From Klebsiella phage ZCKP1: a stretch of DNA of 64,000 nucleotides. The stretch lies in sequence record MH252123.1. The stretch is one strand, 5' to 3'. The notes beneath the pieces were generated by a model. That model was not told the origin of the DNA, made no database searches, and worked only from the letters and a program-made list of their open reading frames with translations. The translations under genes were made by a program, and so were the position numbers. Below are positions 45,462-52,934 of this stretch, piece after piece (position 1 is the stretch's first letter; every line of letters starts with the position of its first letter).

Positions 45462-45677
45462 ATGATCACGAATAAGACAGGTAAAACGGAATTTTTACGC
45501 GGCTTGCAAGTTGGTAAACCTGAGATCTGGCATTGTACTAAATCCGCGCATAATGAAATGAAAGATTTTACCGCTACTTTACAACGTGTTAAAATATCTA
45601 TCACACAGAAAAAAGCCTTGTTAGTAGTAGAAAACGAGATCCCGAAAACTATTATTATTGTCGAGCGTACAGCATGA
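45462..45677 (+). CDS. array ORF, 71 aa
   Basis: RBS AAGGTGAAA; co-transcribed with the micro-ORF. Confidence 0.5.
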   Translation: MITNKTGKTEFLRGLQVGKPEIWHCTKSAHNEMKDFTATLQRVKISITQKKALLVVENEIPKTIIIVERTA

Positions 45678-46060
45678 AAACAGAAATCATTATTGAAATC
45701 ATCAACGGTTATAAAGAAGCCTTTATTTTTGCTGAATCAGCAAGGGATCATGAAGGTAATTTTATTGATAACTTAGACGATTATGATTTTTCTCCTAGCG
45801 CGGACGAACGGATCGCCCAGGATGTAACAGCTTTTATTAATGCTAATCTTGCCGCTATCTCTGAGGCAATGAGCGACGGCGCAACAGCCAACCAGATCGG
45901 GAATGATTTACATTTTACCCGTAACGATCACGGCGTAGGCTTTTGGGATCGCCCTGAAATATACACCACTAACACGGCGAACCGCCTAACCAATGCAGCT
46001 AAGTTTATGCCGAACGTGTCGGCTTACATTGGTGAAGATAATTTTATTTATATTGAATAA
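45674..46060 (+). CDS. array ORF, 128 aa
   Basis: ATGA overlap with upstream gene. Confidence 0.5.
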   Translation: MKTEIIIEIINGYKEAFIFAESARDHEGNFIDNLDDYDFSPSADERIAQDVTAFINANLAAISEAMSDGATANQIGNDLHFTRNDHGVGFWDRPEIYTTNTANRLTNAAKFMPNVSAYIGEDNFIYIE

Positions 46061-46066
46061 AAAGTA

Positions 46067-46123
46067 TTGACACAGATCGCCAGTGTGATAATATTTACCA
46101 CGTAGGGCGGCAATGGTGCCGCT
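46067..46123 (+). promoter_or_regulatory. unit P19: TTGACA-N16-TAATAT, then AGGGCGGCAATGGTGCCGCT
   Basis: seen in sequence. Confidence 0.6.
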
Positions 46124-46144
46124 CCCCGAAAAAGGTAAAACATC

Positions 46145-46336
46145 ATGAAAACTATCTCCTACCTGGAATCAAACAACATGTTTTTTGCCCCCGTTGATGA
46201 AATTATCGAGGCTTTAAACAATGAAGAGGGGATCAATGGATTATCTTACGACCAACTTTTACAACTGGTTGCAACAAATGAAAAACTTGCTTACTATGTT
46301 GAAAATTTTGATGAAGCTGTAATCTTTACAAAATAA
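46145..46336 (+). CDS. array ORF, 63 aa
   Basis: unit P19; RBS AAAGGTAAAAC. Confidence 0.55.
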   Translation: MKTISYLESNNMFFAPVDEIIEALNNEEGINGLSYDQLLQLVATNEKLAYYVENFDEAVIFTK

Positions 46337-46339
46337 TCC

Positions 46340-46396
46340 TTGATCTAATCTCTCAGATAACTTATATTTAATGCGTAGGGCGGCAATGGTGCCGCC
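46340..46396 (+). promoter_or_regulatory. unit P20: TTGATC-N17-TATATT, then AGGGCGGCAATGGTGCCGCC
   Basis: seen in sequence. Confidence 0.55.
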
Positions 46397-46414
46397 GATA
46401 ATGAGGAAAACAAA

Positions 46415-46714
46415 ATGGAAACTATCGCTATTGTTACCGTAGAAAAACTGGTTGTTGGTGATGTATTCGCGTTAATGGTGCCTAACAGCAGCAAGCTGGG
46501 CGCTTATGAAGTAATGGATCATAAAAATGAATCATTTGGCGACGGTTGCACAATGGCGGTAAAATCTTTAAGGGATGGAATCATCCGTCAAGCTAACTGG
46601 CACAAAGGGAATCAAGTCGGTTTAATATCAGCTAATTTCTTGCCAGAAGAGCAAACGTTAGACCAACTATCAGGCGGTAAGACGTTAGCCGAACTACTGG
46701 AAACAGCGATCTAA
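46415..46714 (+). CDS. array ORF, 99 aa
   Basis: unit P20; RBS GAGGAAAAC. Confidence 0.55.
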   Translation: METIAIVTVEKLVVGDVFALMVPNSSKLGAYEVMDHKNESFGDGCTMAVKSLRDGIIRQANWHKGNQVGLISANFLPEEQTLDQLSGGKTLAELLETAI

Positions 46715-46721
46715 TCGACAA

Positions 46722-46737
46722 GGGGCGGCAACGCCCC
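46722..46737 (+). other. orphan GC hairpin GGGGCG-gcaa-CGCCCC between array ORFs
   Basis: seen in sequence; no U-tract and no upstream -35/-10. Confidence 0.4.
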
Positions 46738-46767
46738 CATTAAACGCAATAGGAAGAGGATAGACAC

Positions 46768-47058
46768 ATGAAAAAGATGATCGCAGTAGTTGCCCTGGTT
46801 GTTGGTATTAACGCGCCTGTACTGGCTAATGAGTTGCCAGAATCCATCACGCTAACCGATATCAACGCAATAAACCGGATCGGCGTTAATTATCGCCTAT
46901 GCCTTGCCGCTAAAACTTTCCAGGACGGCACGACAGAATACCACGGATTCGAGGGTATCCGCTGCGGTGAGCTTGCACGCGACCTTAAGGAAGATCCAGA
47001 CCTTGAGGCCATACCGATGACCGTAAACGGTAAAGCTTACGTAAACCGCCAACAATGA
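46768..47058 (+). CDS. array ORF, 96 aa exported protein (signal peptide MKKMIAVVALVVGINAPVLA)
   Basis: RBS GGAAGAGGATAG; preceded by an orphan hairpin. Confidence 0.5.
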   Translation: MKKMIAVVALVVGINAPVLANELPESITLTDINAINRIGVNYRLCLAAKTFQDGTTEYHGFEGIRCGELARDLKEDPDLEAIPMTVNGKAYVNRQQ

Positions 47059-47069
47059 GAAAGGTAATC

Positions 47070-47189
47070 ATGACAATGGGGATCATAGTAGCAACGCTGG
47101 CGCTGATCCCCTTCCTGGTTGAATATGTGCTTATTAGTGTTGTCCTGGTAGTCAGTGACTTATTGGAAACGGTTGGCACCTGGTTTTAA
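47070..47189 (+). CDS. array micro-ORF, 39 aa hydrophobic peptide (unlisted)
   Basis: RBS GAGAAAGGTAATC. Confidence 0.35.
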   Translation: MTMGIIVATLALIPFLVEYVLISVVLVVSDLLETVGTWF

Positions 47190-47200
47190 GGAATAATAAA

Positions 47201-47392
47201 ATGAATACAGAACAAGTTAGAAAGGTATTAGCAGCGTTGCGGTATCACAACCATAGCAAGGTAAAGAATGATCCTGATTATGTGGATTCAAGCCTGGAAG
47301 AAGACACATTGCAAGCTATAAGCCATATGCGAGAATTGTTTAAGCGTATGACAGAGAAAAACAGATCTGATTATATAGGTGACGAGATCTAA
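47201..47392 (+). CDS. array ORF, 63 aa
   Basis: RBS AAGGAATAATAAA. Confidence 0.45.
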   Translation: MNTEQVRKVLAALRYHNHSKVKNDPDYVDSSLEEDTLQAISHMRELFKRMTEKNRSDYIGDEI

Positions 47393-47399
47393 AATAGCT

Positions 47400-47456
47400 T
47401 GCACAATGTATCTGATAGTGTAAGATGTATCACGTAGGGCGGCAATGATGCCGCTC
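47400..47456 (+). promoter_or_regulatory. unit P21: TTGCAC-N16-TAAGAT, then AGGGCGGCAATGATGCCGCT (loop variant)
   Basis: seen in sequence. Confidence 0.55.
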
Positions 47457-47476
47457 ACAACTGGAAGGAAAACACC

Positions 47477-47680
47477 ATGACTACAGCTAACCGCCTGATC
47501 GCCGTCCTGAACAAAGCAAAGGCTAACCGCCTGGATGTTCAAATCAAAGAGCAAGCAAATGGCGAGATCCTTGCTACGGTGTCCGATGGCGGTTATGTAT
47601 CGGAATCATTTTTATCAGGGAGCTTAGATCATCTTGTTTGGAAATTAGAAATTATCGTGGAGGATATGCAAATCATCTAA
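47477..47680 (+). CDS. array ORF, 67 aa
   Basis: unit P21; followed by terminator T6. Confidence 0.55.
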   Translation: MTTANRLIAVLNKAKANRLDVQIKEQANGEILATVSDGGYVSESFLSGSLDHLVWKLEIIVEDMQII

Positions 47681-47688
47681 TCTTTACA

Positions 47689-47720
47689 AAAACAGGGCTT
47701 GCTTTTGTCCTGTTTTTTGT
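47689..47720 (+). terminator. intrinsic terminator T6 (ACAGGGCttgcttttGTCCTGT plus TTTTTGTT)
   Basis: seen in sequence. Confidence 0.55.
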
Positions 47721-47855
47721 TATGCTTATTGAACGGGCGGCACTGGCAACGGGGGAGGTAATCACCGGACGACCCCGCTATATATTGATAGCTAACACCT
47801 ATCAAACAACAAAACATCAAAGAGATAAACTATCGAATCTTTACAATTCTACCTA

Positions 47856-47884
47856 TTGACACCGGATCACGCTTACATTATCAT
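47856..47884 (+). promoter_or_regulatory. promoter P22: TTGACA-N17-TATCAT with a decayed hairpin remnant (TAGGGCaaatc)
   Basis: seen in sequence. Confidence 0.5.
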
Positions 47885-47930
47885 TTATCACGTAGGGCAA
47901 ATCATTTTAAACGGTAAACGAGGAATCACC

Positions 47931-48314
47931 ATGAGCAATATCATCAACCTGGCAGCGACTGTAAACGGTAAAGACTTTAACGGCGCTGTAGACCGTGATC
48001 CTATGTGGTGCTTGTCAGTGTTTAAAGGCGACCTGGTTGAAGTTAGAACAACCGAAGGTTATAGCGACGATTATAAATGCGAGATTCATTTACATAATTG
48101 GTACACGGGTAAAACTTATGCGCTGAATCACGCGTTTATCGGAAAAATCGAATATCGTGAGATGATCGACGAAGAAACGGGGCAAGATTTTAGCGAAAAC
48201 GTTTATATTCGTTCAGAAACATTAGCCGAACGTTTGATCGAGAAAATGAAAGCAAAAAATAAAATTAATTTATCTCATTGGATTGATATAACAAACGATC
48301 CAGCTTATCAATAA
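47931..48314 (+). CDS. array ORF, 127 aa; last gene of the array
   Basis: promoter P22; start refined to the ATG after AACGAGGAATCACC; followed by terminator T5. Confidence 0.5.
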   Translation: MSNIINLAATVNGKDFNGAVDRDPMWCLSVFKGDLVEVRTTEGYSDDYKCEIHLHNWYTGKTYALNHAFIGKIEYREMIDEETGQDFSENVYIRSETLAERLIEKMKAKNKINLSHWIDITNDPAYQ

Positions 48315-48328
48315 ATAACATTTCATAC

Positions 48329-48357
48329 CAGGGCGCACCAAGCGCCCTTTCTTTTTG
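48329..48357 (+). terminator. intrinsic terminator T5 closing the array (CAGGGCGCaccaaGCGCCCTT plus TCTTTTTG); duplicate of T4
   Basis: seen in sequence. Confidence 0.7.
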
Positions 48358-49316
48358 CCCGAACAATGTTGATAGATTCCGCCTATGGAAAACAGACACA
48401 GAACAAAACTGAATAAATAGCGGTATCAAGCTAATCAACCATTAAACGAATAACCATACCTCCCAGGGTAACAGGCTGTTAGAGAGCCATTTATAGCGGT
48501 TAAAATCGATCAACAACCAACAACAAACTATCAAAAACACCCTTTTACCTCCTTTCCAGTGCAATGATAACCATTATCATCTATCCATGTTTATCTATGC
48601 AATATAAGTGCATAACTATAATGTTGATAACAGTTCGCAACAACTAACTAACCAACAACCTAAAACAATAAGCAAACTAATCATAATCAAAGGAATAATA
48701 GCAAGATGATTGATAACGACAAACAATCAAACCATGATGAATACTAAGCAAGATAACGATAACACGACAAAACAACCAACTAACGAACAATAACAAACGA
48801 AACCATTAAAATAATAACTATTAGCAAAATAGTGCCTGAATGAAATCATTACAAAACGAATCATTCACAGAGTCATCATTAGCACGCTATGCCGGACACA
48901 TAGCGAGCTAATAATAAGCCAACTACACCCCAACAATCATAACCATCGGTGACGGTTATTTCTTGTTATTGCGTAGCTTGCAATAATTGCAAGCGTAATT
49001 ACGCTTACACTTATTGCGCTGGCTTATTATTAGCATTATATGTAATTACCAAGATCATAACATTAGCGCAATAACAATAATCATTGTGGTAATTACATAA
49101 GGAAACAATTAGCATAGCAATAATTATGGGGGCAATGGGAGGATGATTATCATCATTCCGATACATTGCACACTATGCACATAATAGAATAAAAGTCAAT
49201 AATTTTGGGGGCGAAATGTTACCGCCACAGGCGGGAATGTTGAGCAAGTTCTCTTAAACGTAAATAAAATCAGAAAATTCTTGATTTATTTTAGTTTTTA
49301 TGTTAATAAACGTTTA

Positions 49317-49337
49317 AATAATAATCATTCTCATATA
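49317..49337 (+). promoter_or_regulatory. Fur-box-like operator motif copy c (AAATAATAATCATTCTCATAT)
   Basis: 12 of 13 match to the palindrome; shares the ATCATTCTCAT extension with copy b. Confidence 0.45.
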
Positions 49338-49495
49338 AATAATAGTCTGCTTGTCATGAGCGGGATTAGTTGACAATGTTCCGTCATATGATGAAGTTGC
49401 CAAACCATTGATAAATAAGCGTTTGTGTGATTTATAATCAAGTGGCCCACCTTGTCGCTATGTTGGCATAAGCCTTGCATAAGTCATTGAATACG

Positions 49496-49520
49496 AATGA
49501 TAATTATTCTCATTCGCATG
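49496..49520 (+). promoter_or_regulatory. Fur-box-like operator motif copy d (GAATGATAATTATTCTCATTCGCAT)
   Basis: 12 of 13 match; followed by TGAGAA, giving the inverted pair TTCTCA...TGAGAA. Confidence 0.45.
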
Positions 49521-49855
49521 ATATTTGAGAATTGTCGCTGCGTGGACCTGACGGCCCGAAAATTCGCGTTAAGCACTTCTTACGTATACGCCATGATTTT
49601 TGCCATATGATATTGATTCTATTAGATATTCTTGCCATGATTGCCATGAAACAGGGTGTGTCGAAATAATCTCTCCCCGTGGATATTTTGGGTTACTTTT
49701 TATACAAGAGTGGGGTGTCAAAAATAATCGGTATATATGGGATAATTGATAGGGAAAAGCAATGATAAATGAATTGTAATTGCCGAAGGTTGTTGGTAGG
49801 ATGTTCCTCGTTGAGAGTTACGATGTTTGTCATGAAACCAAGAGAGGAGATTATC

Positions 49856-50260
49856 ATGCAAGAGAGTAAAAATGTTCCGTTGAGTAGTCCAGTGTTGTTA
49901 GCTTTCTATGAAAGTTGGCTTGCTGATCATCATACCAAAGAGCGCACAAGGCATGGGTTATGTGTATGCTTGGATAGTTTTATCTGGGATGAGATGTGGG
50001 ACAGTAACTTCAGTGAGGAACAGGCAAATCAGCTTTGTGCCCTAAGTGATGCGACATTAAAAGAAATGAAGAAACAATTTCGTTGTGCAGGATTGTCTGT
50101 CAGTGTTCCCTTTAATGTGAACTACGAAGACTATGTGCAAGAGCATAACCACAACAGAGCGCATGAAAACAAGCTTCGTGTAGAGTGGGTTAAGGACAGA
50201 ATTCAAGATTGTTTGAATAATTATGAAGAGGTGTTATGCGAACAAAACAAATCTCATTAA
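49856..50260 (+). CDS. family-A paralog 1 (FY..WL...GLC..L...R..WVKDR family), 134 aa
   Basis: start refined to the ATG after AGAGAGGAGATTATC. Confidence 0.55.
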   Translation: MQESKNVPLSSPVLLAFYESWLADHHTKERTRHGLCVCLDSFIWDEMWDSNFSEEQANQLCALSDATLKEMKKQFRCAGLSVSVPFNVNYEDYVQEHNHNRAHENKLRVEWVKDRIQDCLNNYEEVLCEQNKSH

Positions 50261-50601
50261 GTAGTACGATGTTGTTGATGTTTTATAAAAGGTGGTTCGA
50301 AGGGGATACCTCCCTTAATCGCACAGAGCACGGGTTATGTTTATGTATTAATCATTTTGTGCGAAGTCATTATGCAGAGGATGTGCCTAGTCCCAGATGG
50401 TATGATGACATGGTGAACAGTTTGTTATATGAAATGCGCAAGCAATTTGAAGAAGCTGGTCTTAGTGTTGTTAATCCGTTTAACAAAGCATATGCAGATT
50501 ACTTCTTTGAAGTTGAGAACAAAATATGTCATCTGAACCCGCTTCGCATTCAATGGGTGAAAGACAGAATCGAAGATGCAAATAATGCTTGCATTGAATA
50601 A
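50236..50601 (+). CDS. family-A paralog 2, 121 aa
   Basis: MFYKRWF...GLCLCINHF...NPLRIQWVKDRIED. Confidence 0.55.
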   Translation: MRTKQISLSSTMLLMFYKRWFEGDTSLNRTEHGLCLCINHFVRSHYAEDVPSPRWYDDMVNSLLYEMRKQFEEAGLSVVNPFNKAYADYFFEVENKICHLNPLRIQWVKDRIEDANNACIE

Positions 50602-50670
50602 AAATGTCTGTATGCTGTTTGTATAAGATATGCAATGCCGCGCATAACAGATAGCCAATGAGGAGATGAA

Positions 50671-50901
50671 ATGAAAATTCGTATAGAAGATCCGTGTGGG
50701 TATGAGGGATTACAAGGCGCAACATTCCCACTTATCCTTGATGCTAAACTGGGTGACAAGGGGCTTGCCTATGTGCGATTCTCAACCATGATGCAAGTGA
50801 AAGGCTGGTGGTGGGATGAGGAAGATACGAAAGAAGGTCATGATTATAGTTTCTTCTCTCATGAGTATACGATTGTAGAGGAGACGAGCGATGATCTGTA
50901 A
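50671..50901 (+). CDS. family-B paralog 1, 76 aa
   Basis: MKIRIEDPCGYEGL...VKGWWWDEEDT; RBS GAGGAG. Confidence 0.5.
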   Translation: MKIRIEDPCGYEGLQGATFPLILDAKLGDKGLAYVRFSTMMQVKGWWWDEEDTKEGHDYSFFSHEYTIVEETSDDL

Positions 50902-51109
50902 AATTCGTATTGAGCATAATTGTGGTTACTTAGGATTGCTTCATGTAGATTTTCCTGTTACACTGGATGCAAATATTGGTTATGGCAGAAATGCTTACGT
51001 GCAGTTCACAACGATGAGCCATGTGCAAGGTTGGAAATGGGAAGAAGGGGATACTGTTGAAGGAGGTGAGTATGTTTTCCTTCGTGATGAATATGAAATT
51101 GTCTATTAA
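50891..51109 (+). CDS. family-B paralog 2, 72 aa
   Basis: KIRIEHNCGYLGL...VQGWKWEEGDT. Confidence 0.5.
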   Translation: MICKIRIEHNCGYLGLLHVDFPVTLDANIGYGRNAYVQFTTMSHVQGWKWEEGDTVEGGEYVFLRDEYEIVY

Positions 51110-51112
51110 AGG

Positions 51113-51361
51113 TTGTGTGCAATGATCACACCACAACAGAATGAAGCAGCAATGGATCTTCTTGATAGTTTGTATTTCGATAATTGGTACTCTGAATGTG
51201 AATGGATGAATATGCAAACTCTGAAAGAGAAGACAAAAGCGTTGATTACAGTAGATCAATTTCTTGCAGAGACGGAAAGAATGAATTATGATATGGCATC
51301 TCGCGCACGACGCGTTTCCATTTTCAATAAGATGTTAGCATTATGGGGAGGTAGAAAATGA
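51113..51361 (+). CDS. hypothetical protein, 82 aa
   Basis: ORF track. Confidence 0.45.
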   Translation: MCAMITPQQNEAAMDLLDSLYFDNWYSECEWMNMQTLKEKTKALITVDQFLAETERMNYDMASRARRVSIFNKMLALWGGRK

Positions 51362-51819
51362 GACAATTCACTATACTGGCAGCTTATGTGCAATGTGTTC
51401 ACGATTATGTTAGTGCTCATACAGGTTTGCTGGAAGTTAATAGTAAAATTGAAGGCAATATGGGTACTGTCTATGTGCAACATACTTTATCCAACGTGCC
51501 GTATAAAGTGTTCACTGTTGTAGCTGCCGATTACAATCGTGTAGATGTGCGTTTCTTGGATCATAATTTTCGTAACGCACTAGATAATATCGAAGATTAT
51601 CTTCCCGTGAAACCTTTGTCATTTCCACCGAGTCGTGCAAATAATGTAGTGACAAACCTTAATGAAAGGAATGTGGCTATGCACAAAAAAGTCCGTCAAT
51701 TGAAAACGCTGATAGAAATGCAAGAAGAGATTGAAAAAGAACTGAAAGAAGATTTTGGTATGCTTCCAAAAGACGCTTTGAAATGGTATGATGAATTAGG
51801 AGGAGAAAGTTATGAATAA
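51358..51819 (+). CDS. hypothetical protein, 153 aa
   Basis: ATGA overlap; RBS GGAGGTAGAAA. Confidence 0.5.
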   Translation: MRQFTILAAYVQCVHDYVSAHTGLLEVNSKIEGNMGTVYVQHTLSNVPYKVFTVVAADYNRVDVRFLDHNFRNALDNIEDYLPVKPLSFPPSRANNVVTNLNERNVAMHKKVRQLKTLIEMQEEIEKELKEDFGMLPKDALKWYDELGGESYE

Positions 51820-52006
51820 AGGAACTACTGTATATTTAGTAACAAAGAATACCCCAGGCTGGAGCCAATGCAGCACTGTCCCTTACAAGATCTGTGCAAC
51901 ATTAGAACTAGCACAACGTGCAGAAGCAGAAGTGGATGCTATGCGATACAGCTACGGTGAAATCATTCCTTTTACTCTTGAACAAGAAGGAGCACATCAT
52001 GTTTAA
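51812..52006 (+). CDS. hypothetical protein, 64 aa
   Basis: RBS GGAGGAGAAAGTT. Confidence 0.45.
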   Translation: MNKGTTVYLVTKNTPGWSQCSTVPYKICATLELAQRAEAEVDAMRYSYGEIIPFTLEQEGAHHV

Positions 52007-52457
52007 AGAAGGTCATGTCTACCGTTTCCAGGATGAGGATTATATGCGACTGTATTCTACCTTTGATAAAGGTATTGCAACTATCATCGGAGAGAATTTT
52101 TTCGAGGTGTTGAGTACTGATACAAATGGTAATATCTTGTCAATGGTTGTAATAGGTATGAGAGACGGTATTATCACTGCTGGCGATGGGGATCGTTACA
52201 TAATCAATTCTGCTCATATAGATTATTTTGTTGACGGTGGTATTCGTGGTGGTCGTGGAAAACCCCAAGAAGAACCTGTTGATACAACAAAAGAAGAGTG
52301 GTATGTTGTAATGACTGATGACACCTGTATTTCTGGATTTGAAAGTTATGAAGAAGCTTTGAAAGAAGCAGCAGAGCATAAAATGGCTAATCCTACAGAA
52401 GAGGTTGAAGTTTATAAACGTTTGGTTGTTGCTACCATCGGTGTATCTTTTGTTTAA
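51999..52457 (+). CDS. hypothetical protein, 152 aa
   Basis: start refined to the ATG after GAAGGAGCACATC. Confidence 0.5.
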   Translation: MFKEGHVYRFQDEDYMRLYSTFDKGIATIIGENFFEVLSTDTNGNILSMVVIGMRDGIITAGDGDRYIINSAHIDYFVDGGIRGGRGKPQEEPVDTTKEEWYVVMTDDTCISGFESYEEALKEAAEHKMANPTEEVEVYKRLVVATIGVSFV

Positions 52458-52469
52458 AAGGGGAATGTT

Positions 52470-52907
52470 ATGTTCAAAGCTAATGCTGTTTACTGTTTCA
52501 AAAGCAAAGCTGCATGTGAAGCTTACTCTATGATCTCTGATGAAAATTTCAAAATGGCAGCTTTGATTGAAGGGTCTTGTTTCCGCGTCGAAGATGTTAG
52601 TGAATCAGGGTCTGTTTGCTCATTGACTTTATTGGACAGTGGAGATATTATTGAAGCTGGACAGTATCCGTTCAGGAGTTGGGAGATATTGTTAGCTCGC
52701 GGAGAGCGTAACTTTTTTATGTGCGTGTCTGCGGGGGAAGTTGTGAAAGAAACTAAGGATGTTTCTGTTTACAATTCTGAATTTATAAGTTATAGTGAGT
52801 ATCAACATCTGGAAGGCATTGTTGGTCACTTGTTATCTCTGATTGACATTGAATGTGACCTGCCTGAATCATTGAAAGAAGAGTTGAAAGCATTAGATCT
52901 GCTATAA
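52470..52907 (+). CDS. family-C paralog 1 (C-terminal LLSLIDIECDLPESLKEELKALDLL), 145 aa
   Basis: RBS AAAGGGGAATGTT. Confidence 0.5.
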   Translation: MFKANAVYCFKSKAACEAYSMISDENFKMAALIEGSCFRVEDVSESGSVCSLTLLDSGDIIEAGQYPFRSWEILLARGERNFFMCVSAGEVVKETKDVSVYNSEFISYSEYQHLEGIVGHLLSLIDIECDLPESLKEELKALDLL

Positions 52908-52934
52908 TGTTTCGCACAACGAAAGGAGAATAAG

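Larger units (their letters stand above)
48358..49768. other. 1.4-kb ORF-free tract: A/C-rich low-complexity stretch (~48.36-48.95 kb), palindromes (TTGCAATAATTGCAA, GCGTAATTACGC) and iteron-like direct repeats (GTGTCGAAATAATC / GTGTCAAAAATAATC; GCCATGA x3); candidate terminus, origin or regulatory region
   Basis: no ORF of 60 aa or more on either strand; strong strand compositional skew. Confidence 0.5.

Noticed and set aside
47638-47859. 73-aa plus ORF overlapping the end of 47477..47680
   Set aside because: It reads straight through a clear intrinsic terminator (47689-47720) and into promoter P22. Most likely not coding.
38472-48357. Regularly recurring ~20-bp GC hairpins, which could be mistaken for a CRISPR array or an N4-type hairpin-promoter set
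   Set aside because: Spacing is irregular (300-900 bp) and each interval holds an ORF with an RBS, so it is not CRISPR. Every hairpin sits downstream of a canonical -35/-10 pair with 16-17-bp spacing, so host sigma70 promoters plus RNA leader hairpins is the simpler reading, rather than N4 vRNAP DNA-hairpin promoters. Integron attC-like cassettes were also rejected because each unit carries its own promoter.
37748-49520. Interpreting the AATGATAATCATT sites strictly as host Fur boxes
   Set aside because: The match to the Fur core is good, but the sites sit in very AT-rich DNA where such matches are more likely by chance. All four also share an extra ATTCTCAT extension that is not part of the Fur consensus. 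Reported as operator-like and Fur-like rather than asserted Fur sites.
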